A stretch of 64,000 nucleotides of DNA from Takakia lepidozioides (GCA_030704615.1 CM060732.1:17236001-17300000); one strand, 5' to 3'; shown: positions 38,871 to 53,364, numbered from the stretch's first letter. Notes: a model not told the origin generated them from the letters alone. Numbers and translations are program-made.

Positions 38871-41471
38871 CTACACCCCCTGCAAAGAAGACTGAAAAAT
38901 TAGAGTCCTGGCATGTAAATAAGTAGCCATCAGCTGCTCCTCACGAATAAAGACTCTCTTGTCAATATTTGAACTCAGATCATCCACTTGAGTCTGCAAG
39001 CCTTCCACATCCTCCTGTAGCTCCACTATCCGACTATAGACATTGTCTATAGTAGTTGTGGCAATGTTCTGCACCTGCAATCTGAGCTCATTCATCTCGC
39101 CCTGGGTCAGCTTCCTTGGTGCTTTGCCTTCTACCGGCCCTTGTGCTAACCAGACCTGCATAAGGTGGTTATCCACCAAGTCCTGTGTGGCACCCCTGAG
39201 AGTCTGCTCCTCCGTGAGTCTGTACACATCTAACTGCTGCTGTAAAGCCTCCATGCACTTCGCATGAGGTTCAACTAGGCCCGCATAGGCAGCAGCCAGA
39301 TTATTGGCTTCCTTCCGAGCGTTGTTATCCACAGAGAGTTCAATTCTATTGACCATGACTGTTTGTTGCAACTCCAGGATGTACCTCTCCTGGTCAGCCT
39401 CAACATGTCTAAACTATTGGAAAGTATTCTCATTGCGATAGATTGTAGCCTGCAAATCAACAATGAGTTTCCCTTGCTCTATTATCTCAACTTTTGTCAT
39501 CATACATCTCTCCCCTTGTCTGTTAACTTCTAATGCAGTTTGCTCTAGAGCAGTTGTTAGTATAGCACATTGTATGGTCATCCTCTGATGTACTGCCTCC
39601 AACTCTATATGTAGTACGTTCACTTCTTGCAACTTGCCCTCATGCTTCACCTGCAATTGGTATAATTGTTGCTTATATGCTTCATGCAACTGGTCCTGCT
39701 CGAGACCTACTTCAATCAAATGTCCCTTAGCCAACTGCAAGGCAGCCTTTGTGTCCTCCAACTCTTGCTGTAACTTGAGATTGATCTCCTCATCTACTTT
39801 ATTAGCACACTCAGTGGCAATTCGAGTCTCAAACTCCTTCCTGAGTTTCTCCCTCAAAGCTGTCAATTGGGTAGATGGAACATGGGATTTCACACAAGTG
39901 CCCAATAAATTGAGTGTCCTGCTTATGGAACTCATAAGCATGGCCTGCTGGGGGTCATCATGGTGAACTTGTTGCTGTTTTCCCAGATCCTCCACAGTGT
40001 GATGCTTCACCAACCATTCAGGCCATTGCCCCACCAGATCCTCTTCCTGAACCACCTCATCCTCCACAGGTGCTGCAGTGTCCTTATATTCTATCCCTGA
40101 TACCTCCATCACAAGTGTGGGTATTACATGCACAACAGGGATTTCCCTGGACAGACTCTGCACCTTTGGTACCACTGATTCCTTGACCAAGCCAGAGTTT
40201 TCATAGAGAAGGTCACCCTTCTCAATTTCAGCCACGACCTGCTCTATAGTGGGAATGTCCAACCCTTCTCTTTCCAGAGCAATAGGCTCTGGTGGAACAG
40301 CATGTACTAACTGAGGTACCTCTGAGACAACCCATTCAACTGGCTGTGATGGCTGTGGTACCGAAGTGACTTCTTCTTCCCTCTCCAAATGTTGTGCTTT
40401 TAGTAATAACAGCCCTTTGTGCTGCTGTGCCCCATCCTGCACAAGAGCTTGGGAAACATCATCTTGCGGCTTTCTTGAAGCCAGTGGATCCGCCACTACA
40501 GTCATACCCCTCTTCTGTCTCTTAGACTGGTGTTGCTCTGCCAGTCCACCCTCACTATGTGAAGAACCCTGCTCCTCCATTGCAGTGGTTGCTGCCTCAA
40601 ACACTCCCATCTCCTTACGTTCTCGCGCATCAAGTATACAAGAGTCAAGAATAATCTGAGCAATGACTAGGCCAGACACGATGATCGGAGACTTAGCAGC
40701 AGTGCCCTGTAACCTCTTCATCTCTTCCACCAGACCATTGTACATTAACTCTGCCCAAGCTACATCCTCTCCTTGCAAGGCTTTCAGTATCTCCTCTGTG
40801 AATGACCTGCTCAAATACTGTTGGTTCTGTTTCATGGCAAACAGAACGTTCAGTATTTGGCCAACATCTCTGAGCCCTGGGTACGCGGCTTTGGTGCAAG
40901 CGTAACCTTGAGTCTTAAAGAAACTCCCTTCTTGGAACATATTCCCTATCTGCAATCTTGCCCTGTGCTCATCCACATCCACATGACCCGATGGCAATTC
41001 GAACAATTGCTGCAGGTACTGGGGAGTAATTTCTATATCTACTCCCCTCACCTGGGTTACTCCCGTCCTAGGCTCAAAGTTATGAAGAAATTGAAACATG
41101 TACTGCCGATGATGCAAGGACCAGTCCTTGCGTAGTAGCCCCTCCAATCGCAACTCCCTCAGCAGCTGCACTGCCTTCGGTGTAGCAATTGTTTGCTTCT
41201 GCAGTATCGTGGTGCTCTTCACCCTGATATCCTCCATTCCCCTCACTCTCTTCATTCTAGACAAACAAAAAGACCTTGTTTGAAACAGCTGAAGAAAAGC
41301 TTGCAGGGCACAGAGCATAAAGGTATGGTTGGCACAGAATGGAACGGGTAAGTGCGTGTAAGCCTGTGGGGCTTGCAAGTATCGAGTGAGAGAGAATGTA
41401 CTCTCAACCCGTCCGTCCTTGTGCCACTGCGTGAGAAGTAAAGCGAGCGTGTAATCTGTAATATCCGCCAT
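38871..41471 (-). CDS. Extra 3' ORF (env-position) of the Gypsy element, with coiled coil; probably one gene frameshifted near 39400
   Basis: 685-aa ORF with QFLHNF...VRGVDIEITPQYLQQLFELP, resembling the Athila-type extra-ORF domain, followed by a 166-aa coiled-coil ORF. Confidence 0.65.
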
Positions 41472-42039
41472 AGCTACAAGCTATAGCTTTGATTGCCTCT
41501 CCTGCCGAGACACTGGTTATTCGGAGCCACCCCGACTCTCGCGCTCATAACCCTGCTAATTTCTTGCTCTTGTTTCTTGGAGGAAACCACCTGCATGTAA
41601 TTCTCGCTCGTGATTGGTGTTGCCTCCTTGGGTAACTTCTTAATTTAACTCCCCTCAGTGGACTTTCCCCCCTGGAATGTCCACTAGGATAGCACATGCG
41701 GCAAGATCCCCCTTTTCTGTACTCGTAAAGGGTTCCGTTACCCTTGCCCTGAATGCATTAATGGGCCCACAAATAGTTTGGGTTGATGTACCGGGTAGGT
41801 ACTTTGACGGCCCATTTGTCTTCTTCTTGCATGATGACACCCGCTTTTGCAATATATGCACTGCGGTGTGCTTCGCCTTGGCGACCACGTGTTCGTTTCT
41901 AGACCTGCCTCCGTCTTTCCCTGTCCGCGTGGCACATTCTCCGAGTTTGACTTCCAAGCTATCTTTTCTTCCGCCGGCCACTTTTCGGACGTTAACCTAC
42001 GTCCACCTGTCATTGACCCTATGGACTGTGTAACCCGCG

Positions 42040-42212
42040 TGGGCTGTGTTGGGCTATGACAGGTTGTGTCAAACTGTGGTGGGCTGTGATAGGCTGTGTG
42101 ATATTGTGGTGGGTTGTGATAAACTGTGTGGCACTGTGGTGGGCTGTGATAGGCTGTGTGATGATGTGATGGGCTGTGATAAGCTATGTGATGCTGTGGT
42201 GGGCTGTGATAA
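42040..42212. repeat. 30-bp minisatellite downstream of integrase
   Basis: About 5-6 copies of GGGCTGTGATAGGCTGTGTGATNNTGTGGT. Related 10-bp units at the LTR edge, 37440-37523. Confidence 0.85.
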
Positions 42213-42359
42213 CTATGCAAACACCCGTGTTCTCCGCTCAGGCCATACACATTCGGCTTAACGACAAGTGCTTCATGCTCCGTTGGTATTACCGGTGCAG
42301 CCCGTGACTGTTTTTGTATTTCAATATGCAAGTCGTGCTGCAATGGTTTGTCATGGATA

Positions 42360-44826
42360 CCACTGTATCCCTTCAACTTATTGGCATTGACTCTTCCCAG
42401 CATCTCTTTGTTAATGGTTTGTAACATGGCGGTGTTGTTATCATACATCTTCTGTATGACATAAGGTCCTTTCCATGGTGATTTAAGCTTAGAAGCCTTA
42501 ATCTTCCCCTTCTTCTGCAACCACAGAACCAAATCTCCCGTCTTAAAAGTCTTTAATTTACCTTCATCAAACTGATCCTTCCTCTTCATCTGAATTCTGG
42601 TCATGTTATCAGCTGCATCAGCACGTACTTCTTCCACATGGTATAATTCATGTTTCCTGACCTTAATTGAATCTTTCAATTCCATTCTCCTTCCCCATTC
42701 AGTTCTCATGGTAGGTAACAAGAATTCCACTGGAAGTAAAGCTTCCATACCATAAACTAATTGGAATGGTGTATACTTAGTGGTGACTTTATATGAAGTC
42801 ATGTATGACCACAAAGTGTCAGCAGCTTTGTATCCCAATCTGTTCTGTTTGCATTGACTATCTTAGCCAAGATAGTACATAGTATTTTTGTTGGTAGCCT
42901 CTGCCTGCCCATTACCCTGTGGGTAATAAGTTGTACTCTTCCTATGCACAATCATGAACTCTTTAGTCAATAGTTCTATGGTCTCATTAATGAAGTGACT
43001 TCCCTGGTCACTGATAAATTCCAGGGGACAGCCAAATCTTGTAAGTATGTTCTCATACAGGAACCTTGCTGTGGACTTAGTTGTGTTATCCCTCAGAGAT
43101 TTAGCTTCCACCCACTTTGTAGTATAATCAGTGCTTGTGATTATATACTTGTTCTGTGTATTCTTGGCTGGTGGGTTAATTGGTCCAACAAAGTCTAGTC
43201 CCCATTTCTGAAATGGTTTCAGTAGGCATCGTAGGATGCAAAAGCCATCTTCCCAGATCTCTGCAATGGTCCTAGCCTCTAACACTCATCACAACTCTTA
43301 CAATACTTGTGTACATCCTTGAACAAAGTAGGCCACCAGTAACCTGCAAGTAGTATCTTTCTACTGGTAGTCTCTTCTCCAAATGACCTCCAGCCACTCC
43401 TTTATGAACTTCCTCCAAAACTTATTTACTTCATGGTGGTACAAGCATCGTTTAAGTACTCCATCAGGTCCTAGCTTATACATTCTGCCCCCTACCATAG
43501 TATAAGGTAAATCCTTGATAGCGATTCTCTTCCTCTGCTCCTTTCCATAACTAGGTGGCACTGACCATGAGTAAGGTAGTATCTGATTGGCCACTGCCAA
43601 TCTAACCAGTCATCTGCACTTCCCTGCACCTCCACTGGCAACAAACTCGCATCAGGTAGTTGGTCGTCTACTCCTGTAGCGGGCTCTCCTGTTGATAGGT
43701 GTGACAAGTGATCTGCCACAAGATGCAAATGGCCAGGCTTGTAAACAACTTCGAACTCAAACTCGTGCAAGATTATTAACCACCTTGCTATCCTTCCACT
43801 GCTTATCAAAGGCTTGTTCACCAAATAGATCAGAGCCTGATGATCCACATAAAACATAAACTTTCCTTTCCAATAGGTAATGCCTGAATTTCTTGACTGC
43901 ATAAATCATTGCCAGTGCTTCTCTTTCAGTTGTGCTATAGTTCATTTCAGCACTGTTCATCAACCTGCTAGCATAGTACACAAGTGAATCTATGTTTCCT
44001 GTAACATTTTGGGCTAACACTGCTCCCAACGCTTCTCCTGAGGCATCACAGTGAACATGAAATACTACATGCCAGTGACGGTTAATCAGCATAGGTGTAG
44101 TTGTTACTGACAATGTAAGTTCCTCAAAAGCATGTTGACATTCAGCTGTCCATGCAAACACTGCATCTTTCTTCAGAAGCTTGCTCAATGGTGCTGCTAT
44201 CTGTGCATACCGTCTGACAAATCTTCTGTAATAACTGGTTTGTCCAAGGAATCTCCTTAGACTCTTAACATTTACTGGTGGTGGAGAGGCTTTAATGGCC
44301 TCTGTCTTTCTGGGATCCACAAAAAGTCCCCTCTTACACACAATGTGTCCCAAAAGCACCCCTGAGTTCACACAGAAAGTACACTTCTCTGGATTCAGGC
44401 CCAGACCTCTCATCCTGCATCTGGCCAAACATAACTCCAATTTATGCAAGTGCTCATTCTTAGAGCTGTACACACTGAAATCATCCAAGAACACCTGCAT
44501 GAAATCATCCAGATACTCATGAAAAGATTCACTTATCACTCTCTGAAAGGTTGCTGGTGCATTACAAAGTCCAAAAGGCATGACTTTGTATGCATAAGCA
44601 CCCCAGTTTGTGATGAAAGTTGTCTTTCCCTGGTCTTCTTCTGCCACTTGCACTTGATTATAACCACTGGAAGCCATCCATGAATGAGTACATCTCATGG
44701 TCTGCCACAGTGTCCAATACCGCTTCTGTGAATGGCAAAGGTAAATGATCTTTCTTCGTACAAGCATTCAACTTCTTATAGTTCACACAAACTCTCAGTT
44801 TACCATTCTTCTTGGAAACTATCACA
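42360..44826 (-). pseudogene. Gypsy pol (RT-RNaseH-integrase), frameshifted
   Basis: ORFs 43757-44767, 43492-43902, 42863-43285 and 41738-42838. Confidence 0.9.
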
Positions 44827-45542
44827 CAACGACGCAATGGCGTGAGCGCGCAAGCGTATGCTCACGCAGGAATGACGTGGCGTGAGCCTGCACCCACGCT
44901 GACGTGGCGTGAGCGTCAGGTCAGCATGCTGATGTGGCGGCAAATGATGACATGGCACTGTCCGTCATCTGCCACATCAGCATTAACATGCGCCGCCTAT
45001 AACCGAGGATGGTCCTATGACCGTGGAATTAATGCAAGGAATCTTGCCTAAATAGAATCAAGACTACCATGAGGCCTACAATTGTAGCATCCAACATTGT
45101 GCAATTACAAATGCTTGTTTCACTTTTACAATTACGAGGACGAGAAAATATCCTCACAAAGTGTGCGCCAAAGCAGCGTAGCTACGGCGTGAGCCCAGCC
45201 CCGTGAGCCTGGGAGCTGAGCTCACGTTGAAGCTGCAAAGCGTGAGCTGAGCTCACACTTCAGGGAAGCGTGAGCGGCACAAATCTGCTGGAGAAGCAGG
45301 TCCTATAGGCGAGGATTGCAGGAAGAGGGCCTATTACCGTGGACAAAACAAAGGGGGCCACCATGCACCGTGTCTGCAATGCCTGCACAAAAAAAGAGGA
45401 ATATGAAAATATGGCAGATTTGAGCTCAGAATGATTGACACACTTTATTTGAATTCACAGATAGACGCTTACAATGAATGGCATGTGCATTTGCCCTGAT
45501 TCCATGAACGAAATGTATGTGTTTGTCATAAATGCAAAGTCT

Positions 45543-46750
45543 TCACACGGTAACCTGGAAACCAGCATGGGAAGCGGGCATGGCTCGTATGTGTTCAAAG
45601 AGAATTTGGCGGAGCCCCACGTGAGGTGTCCGCTGCTGCAGAAGGGTGATGACTTCTCCGTAGCCTAGTGTGGCTTGGTGAATGAATTGGTCTCTCTTAC
45701 CGTCGCAACACATAATTACAAGATATATGTAATATTGATGCTTGCAGAGGATCCACTTCCCTCTCATGCCGAGGGCGCCCTCACGCATCGTTACAAAATC
45801 CGGACAAGTGCATTTAGGGAAATTCCCCACGGTAACCTGATATTCTTTGCCATGAAAAATTGAGCCAATAGACAGCACTGTGTAAATCCGTCCATACCCG
45901 GGGCAGGGGACTTCGGTGATACGAGTCACCCGAGCCTGCAAAATAGCCGATTCCATCTTGCATTTGTGATTTGCACCCGATTCGTCATCAGCCGATTAGC
46001 GCTGTTTCTCAGCCGAGGGCAAGAAATATTCACGCACTTGCAATGCCCAACGCAAACCGACTTTCGAAATTTCAATCCAATGTCGTTGTGGGATGTTCGA
46101 TGTTTTTGTCATGCACCAAGGGTGTCCGTCATGTTTCTTGTCCATGCCTTGCAGAAGCCTAGCCAGTCCACTGGAAGACGTGGGAGGGTTGAGCTCAAAC
46201 AAGATGTCCCCATCAAACTTTGTTGGCACGTATTGAACCCGCTGCACATGAAGGGACTCCCAATCAACAAAACGCAACTCGCTCTTGCACCCAAGCACCC
46301 CTGCGAGGGCTTTCAATTTCGGAATGACACTCGTTATCTCCTGCAATTCGTCATCATCCAAGATGGGAGTGTGCACTGGCGGAGGAATCTCAGAAACATC
46401 CTCCGAGGACGAGTCTGAAAGAGTCACGAATGTAGTGGATGTGCTCACCTCTTGTTTCACATGAACTGTGCCCTTCTGCTGCAACGACTGATGCTGCAGT
46501 GCCAGCAGGGGTAACTACTGATCCTGCTGATTGTCTTCTCTCTTTTCCAAGGACATAGGATGTGCCTGGAAGGACTCTCCACTTCCTTCCACACTCGCCA
46601 ACCATGGTTTCTCCAAGTGCCCAGAATCCAAATTCCCATCCTCGTCATACACCTTTTTTTAACAAGCAGATAACCCAATTCCAGCGGGAACACTGTAACC
46701 AGCTCATCCTCATGAACAACTGCAAACCCATTGTCGTCTGTAGTGGTAGT
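45543..46750 (-). pseudogene. Internally deleted transposase of D: start of GCM-like region joined to the SWIM region, DDE core absent
   Basis: GDILFELNPP..MDKKHDGHPWCMTKT (45996-46484) lies directly beside CTCPDF..CKHQYY (45543-45956). Confidence 0.8.
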
Positions 46751-47169
46751 CAGTGGAAGACTACCTGCATTGGAATGAAATCGAGCGAGTCTATCTTACT
46801 CCCTCGACATGTTTTTCCTCCACTGACCAAAAAATTGCGATTCACAACGGAATCCCCGAACTGATAGCCCGTAATTCTCGAAAGGGATCCACCACAAACA
46901 AACTGAGGTCAATAAGGTTAGCACTAACCCAAAGACTGTGGGCGATGCCTGCAAATGATGTAGGAATGACATGCACCGAAACTTCGCAGAAACCACATGA
47001 GAGACACCAACCAGAAAAAACTGTTTAGGGTGACAAGAAGCCTCCACAAGAAGCCGTGTTGTATTTGGATGAAAAACAAACCCTAAACATGACATGAAAC
47101 CATCAATTATGGAAAGACGACAACAACCCTAGAGAGCAGTAAACAGGAAGACCCGAATGTAATGAGGTT

Positions 47170-48764
47170 GTGTTGTGCACCTTGTCATTGTTTTTTTCAT
47201 TTGGAATCGGCCCATAGGGTATCTCTTTGAGCTTCAATGCACACTTACCTGGCAGCTCTAGCAGTGTGTGTCAACGCACACTGTTTGAGCCCACCTTGTC
47301 ATTCTTTTTTTCATTTGGAAATCGGTCTCATAGGGCATCTCTTTGTTGTTCAATGCACACTTACCTGGCAGCTCCAGCAGTGTGCGTCAACGCACATTAT
47401 TTGAGCCCACCTTGTCATTGTTTTTTTTCATGTGAAAATCGGCACATAGGGGCATCTCTTTGAGCTTCAATAAACACTTACATGGTAGCTCCAGCAGCGT
47501 GCGTCAATGCACACTGTTTGAGCCCACCATGTCATTATATTTTTAATCTGAAAATCGGCCACATAAACATCTCTTTGAGCTTCAATGCACACTTACGTGG
47601 CAGCTCAAATAGTGTGCGTCAACGCACACTGTTTGAGCCCAACTTGTCATTGTTTTTTTCATGTGAAAATTGGTCACATAGGGCATGTATTTGAGGTTCA
47701 ATGCAGACTTACCTGGCAGCTCAAACAGTGTGCGTCAACGCACACTGTTCCAGCCCACCATGTCATTGTTTTTTTTATATGAAAATCGGCCACATAGGGC
47801 ATCTCTTTGAGCCTCAATACGCACTTACGTGCAGCTCAAACAGTGTGCATCAACGCACACTGCTTGACCCCAACATGTCTTTATTTTTTTCATGTGAAAA
47901 TCGGCCACATAGGGCATGTATTTGAGGTTCAATGCAGACTACGTGGCAGCTCAAACAGTGTGCGTCAACGCACTCTTGCAGCATCCATTTTTTTTTTTTT
48001 TTTTTTGAAAATCGCCACATAGGGCATCTCAAGGCAGCTCCAGCAGTGTGCGTCAACGCACACTGTTTGAGCACACCATGTCATTATTTTTTTAATCTGA
48101 AAATCGGCCACATAAGGCATCTCTTTGAGCTTCAATGCACACTTACGTGGCAGCTCAAATAGTGTGCGTCAACGCACACTGTTTGAGCCCAACTTGTCAT
48201 GTTTTTTTCATGTGAAAATTGGCACATAGGGCATGTATTTGAGGTTCAATGCAGACTTACCTGGCAGCTCAAACAGTGTGCGTCAACGCACACTGTTCCA
48301 GCCCACCATGTCATTGTTTTTTTTTATATGAAAATCGGCCACCTAGGGCATCTCTTTGAGCCTCAATACACACTTACGTGGCAGCTCAAACAGTGTGCGT
48401 CAACGCACACTGTTTGACCCCAACTTGTCATTGTTTTTCATGTGAAAATTGGCCACATAGGACATGTTTGAGGTTCAATGCAGACTTACCTGGCAGCTCA
48501 AACAGTGTGCGTCAACGCACACTGTTCCAGCCCACCATGTCATTGTTTTTTTTTATATGAAAATCGGCCACCTAGGGCATCTTTGAGCCTCAATACACAC
48601 TTACGTGGCAGCTCAAACAGTGTGCGTCAACGCACACTGTTTGACCCCAACATGTCTTTATTTTTTTCATGTGAAAATCGGCCACATAGGGCATGTATTT
48701 GAGGTTCAATGCATACTTACGTGGCAGCTCAAACAGTATGCGTCAACGCACACTGTTGCAAGCA

Positions 48765-48823
<59 letters not shown>

Positions 48824-49125
48824 CGAAAATCGGCCACATAGGGCATCTCAAGGCAGCTCCAGCAGTGTGCGTCAACGCACACTGTTTGAGCACACCATGT
48901 CATTATTTTTTAATCTGAAAATCGGCCACATAAGACATCTCTTTGAGCTTCAATGCACACTTACGTGGCAGCTCAAATAGGTGCGTCAACGCACACTGTT
49001 TGAGCCCAACTTGTCATTTTTTTCATGTGAAAATTGGCCACATAGGGCATGTATTTGAGGTTGAATGCAGACTTACCTGGCAGCTCAAATAGAGTGCGTC
49101 AACGCACACTGTTCCAGCCAACCAT

Positions 49126-49165
<40 letters not shown>

Positions 49166-51710
49166 AAAATCGGCCACATAGGGCATCTCTTTGAGCTTTA
49201 ATGCACACTTACGTGGCAGTTCCAGCAGTGTGCGTCAACGCACACTGTTCGAGTCCACCATGTCATTATTTTTTTTAATCTGAAAATCGGCCACATAAGG
49301 CATCTCTTTGAGCTTCAATGCACACTTACGTGGCAGCTCAAATAGTGTGCGTCAACGCACACTGTTTGACCCAACTTGTCATTGTTTTTTTCATGTGAAA
49401 ATTGGCCACATAGGGCATGTATTTGAGGTTGAATGCAGACTTACCTGGCAGCTCAAATAGAGTGCGTCAACGCACACTGTTCCAGCCAACCATGTTTTTC
49501 TTTTTTTCTTTTTTTCTTTTTTTCTTTGAAAATCGGCCACATAGGGCATCTCTTTGAGCTTTAATGCACACTTACGTGCAGTTCCAGCATTGTGCGTCAA
49601 CGCACACTGTTCGAGTCCACCATGTCATTATTTTTTTAATCTGAAAATCGGCCACATAAGGCATCTCTTTGAGCTTCAATGCACACTTACGTGGCAGCTC
49701 AAATAGTGTGCGTCAACGCACACTGTTTGAGCCCAACTTGTCATTGTTTTTTTCATGTGAAAATTGGCCACATAGGGCATGTATTTGAGGTTCAATGCAG
49801 ACTTACCTGGCAGCTCAAATAGTGTGCGTCAACGTACACTGTTCCAGCCAACCATGTTTTTTTTTTTTTTTTTTTTTTTTTTTTTGAAAATCGGCCACAT
49901 ATGGCATCTCTTTGAGCTTTAATGCACACTTACGTGGCAGCTCCAGCAGTGTGCGTCAACGCACACTGTTCGTGTCCACCATGTCATTATTTTTTTAATC
50001 TGAAAATCGGCCAAATAAGCCATCTCTTTGAGCTTCAATGCACACTTACGTGGCAGCTCAAACAGTGTGCGTCAACGCACAACAGCCCACCATGTCATTG
50101 TTTTTTTTATCTGAAAATCGGCCACATAGGGCATCTCTTTGAGCGTTAATGCACACTTACCTGGCAGCTCAAATAGTGTGCGTCAACGCACACTGTTTGA
50201 GCCCAACTTGTCATTGTTTTTTTTTTCATGTGAAAATTGGCCACATAGGGCATGTATTTGAGGTTCAATGCAGACTTACCTGGCAGCTCAAATAGTGTGC
50301 GTCAACGCACACTGTTCCAGCCAACCATGTTTTTTTTTTTTTTTTTTTTTTTTTGAAAATCGGCCATATAGGGCATCTCTTTGAGCTTTAATGCACACTT
50401 ACGTGGCAGCTCCAGCAGTGTGCGTCAACGCACACTGTTCGAGTCCACCATGTCATTATTTTTTAATCTGAAAATCGGCCACATATGGCATCTCTTTGAG
50501 CTTCAATGCACACTTACGTGGCAGCTCAAACAGTGTGCGTCAACGCACAACAGCCCACCATGTCATTGTTTTTTTTATCTGAAAATCGGCCACATAGGGC
50601 ATCTCTTTGAGCGTCAATGCACACTTACCTGGCAGCTCAAATAGTGTGCGTCAACGCACACTGTTTGAGCCCAACTTGTCATTGTTTTTTTTCATGTGAA
50701 AATTGGCCACATATGGCATGTATTTGAGGTTCAATGCAGACTTACCTGGCAGCTCAAATAGTGTGCGTCAACGCACACTGTTCCAACCAACCATGTTTTT
50801 TTTTTGTTTTTTTTTAATTATTTATTATTTATTTAATAAATTAGCCACAGAGGGCATCTCTTTGAGCTTTAATGCACACTTACGTGGCAGCTCCAGTAGT
50901 GTGAGTCAACGCACACTGTTCGAGTCCACCATGTCATTATTTTTTTAATCTGAAAATCGGCTACATATGGCATCTCTTTGAGCGTCAATGCACACTTACG
51001 TGGCAGCTCAAATAGTGTGCGTCAACGCACATTGTTTGAGCCCAACTTGTCATTGTTTTTTTCATGTGAAAATGGCCACATAGGGCATGTATTTGAGGTT
51101 CAATCCAGACTTACCTGGCAGCTCAAACAGTGTGCGTCAACGCACAACAGCCCACCATGTCATTGTTTTTTTATCTGAAAATCGGCCACATAGGGCATCT
51201 CTTTGAGCGTCAATGCACACTTACGTGGCAGCTGGCATTTTAGAATCGACCACAAAGGTCATCTCTGTCAGGTTCAATTCAGACTTACCTGGCAGCCCAA
51301 ACGGTGTGCGTCAACGCACACGGTTTGAGCCCCCTGATTTGCTTGTTTATGGATATGGAAATTGTGCACCTACGGCTAGTCTGGCAAGTTCATTCGACTC
51401 CAAAATGGAAGCTCAAACAGTGTGCGCGGACGCACACTGTTTGAGCCCCCTTCACTGCCTTTTCTTTTATTTCAAATTGGTCACTTATGGCCACTATGCC
51501 ATATTAAAATCACACCTTATTGCAAGCTCAAACAGTGTGCGGCAACGCACACTGTTTGAGCTTCCTTATGTGATTGATTTTGATGTGAAAATCGGTCTCC
51601 TGGGGCCACTTTGGCAGGTTGAATCCAATCTTTATTGGAAGCTCAAAAGTGTGCGGCAACGCACACTGTTTTGAGCCCCCTTCGTGCTTGTTTTTCTATG
51701 TGAAATTGGG
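47170..51710. repeat. ~100-bp-unit tandem array with a 36-bp inverted repeat and ~300-bp higher-order period
   Basis: Roughly 40 or more units containing variants of GCTCAAACAGTGTGCGT-CA-ACGCACACTGTTTGAGC, with variable poly-T tracts. Confidence 0.95.
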
Positions 51711-53364
51711 CCTAACAGGGCCAGTATGCATGCTCAAAACTCCCATAGTTGTCAAAACTCCCATGGTATTTGGATTGCCCTCCTTCTGAGACCCCAGCTC
51801 AGGATGTCTTTGAGGAGAGAGAATGAGCGTATAGCAGCCACCGCCGCAGCAGCCGACCTCGACATTCATGATAGAAATTTGAGGACTCTTGCAGAGAAGG
51901 AGCCTCCTGCTCAGGATACCCCGGGTAGAGGTTGAAAGGCAAAGGGAAAAGATGTTGTTGGTGGTGTGGGGAAAGGAAGGGGTAGGGGAAGGAGGCACAA
52001 GGGCAGATAGGTGGGCTATCACACCTATTTGGACTTCTTTCAAGTCCTCCTCGGTCTTACGTGCAACCTGTCTATGCGGAGGCACTCGCAACAAGCATGT
52101 CCATTCATGGCACTCGCTGTCCGCCCATTGACGGCCGTGGTAGAAGACGTGGTGTTGGGGCCAGAATCTTTGTGGATGACATAGCACAGGAGGTCGAGAG
52201 TGATTCTGATGACTGTGACACTTGATATGAAGTTTTCTTTTGGTTTTATTCGGGGCCAAATTTGAAATGGGATGGTTGTGTGTCCTTGTTGTCCTGTTTG
52301 CAATGTGTGCGTGGGATGCAACTTCATGGGAACAAACTATTATTGGAGATGGGGGTTGCATGGACTGCCCGGATTGTTCCTTCAATCTATTTAGAGTTTT
52401 GTGGACCTCACAGGCTTGAGTGCATTTCAAAACAAACAAATCGACTTTGGTTCGTGTACAGCATTCTCGCATCATTTGCTCGCGTGTCTCCAAACCATTC
52501 CTGCTAGAAGAATGCTTGGTGAATCCATCGAGGTGAAGTCCACGTGATCAAAGATCGTTCAGCATTCTCAAATCTGGTGAGCATCCATGATGCCCCGCAC
52601 ATACTTGGCATGTTCACAAAGGTGGTGAGTAAGAAAAGATTTCGCAGGGATCCGCTTTAGATGATGTCAGTGTGCACCTCCTCACGACGTACCCACATTC
52701 CAATGCAGAGTTTGGCTTTCCGTCCTTAAGCTCCCGACAGTCTCGAGGCTGAGCCAAAGCCCAGGCCCTCCTGAGGCCTAGTTTTTGGGCAAATTACACA
52801 CAGCAGATTGATGCTTGTGTGAAGGATTTCTAGAGGATATCTGGAAACATGGATTAATTCTTTATATGAAGGAAAGTCTTTGATAACGTCTAGATGGATG
52901 CAATGGATACAAAGGATGGATACAATGGATGTAATACATCCAGTGTGCATTCCCGGGAAATGGCTGTTCAACCCGCGGTAATAGGTGACACCCGCGGAAA
53001 TAGGCCCTGTATGCATGCTGACGTGGCGTGAGCCTGTGCTGGGCTCACGGTTTCCTGGGCTCACAGGCTCACGCCTCCGGGCTCACGGAATAGCACCCCC
53101 CGCGCCAAAGAGGCTGCCACAGGAAGACCTTCCTCCCTCCTCAAATAACAATGAGAGTTGATCATCTTCAAAAGATGATTGTAGTGCATAGCGACAGCAA
53201 GACATGTAGACTTCGAACGGTGCAATGACAAATGTGCTTTTAAAAGTTGTCACTCAGAGCTCACTCAGTATAGTTGGAGGCCATATCATTGCACCGCTGA
53301 CGAATTGATGTGAATTACACATTTCAAATCATGGTCGTCCACATACCACATTGCATAGTTGATG

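Larger units (their letters stand above)
36810..44826 (-). mobile_element. Athila-like Ty3/Gypsy retrotransposon, RT interrupted by MULE C
   Basis: RT (MPFGLCNAPATFQR, FLDD), RNaseH (CDAS, YSTTEREALA) and integrase (WGLDFVGP, SDQGSHF, PQGNGQAE), followed by extra 3' ORFs and the LTR. Confidence 0.9.
45174..53101. mobile_element. Non-autonomous MULE element D nested in C
   Basis: 9-bp TSD GCGCCAAAG at 45165-45173 and 53102-53110. Termini CAGCGTAGCTACGGCGTGAGC and (rc) GGGGGGTGCTATTCCGTGAGC. Confidence 0.88.

Noticed and set aside
47227-51674. ORFs with poly-F/poly-K and CVNAHC repeats
   Set aside because: Artefacts of the tandem array and poly-T tracts.
47170-51710. CRISPR-like array (36-bp palindromic repeat at regular spacing)
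   Set aside because: The intervening sequences are themselves repeated in about three variants, there are no cas genes, and the context is a eukaryotic transposon.
51780-52800. Possible accessory-gene remnant in element D
   Set aside because: Position fits, but no ParB or MTase motif could be identified.
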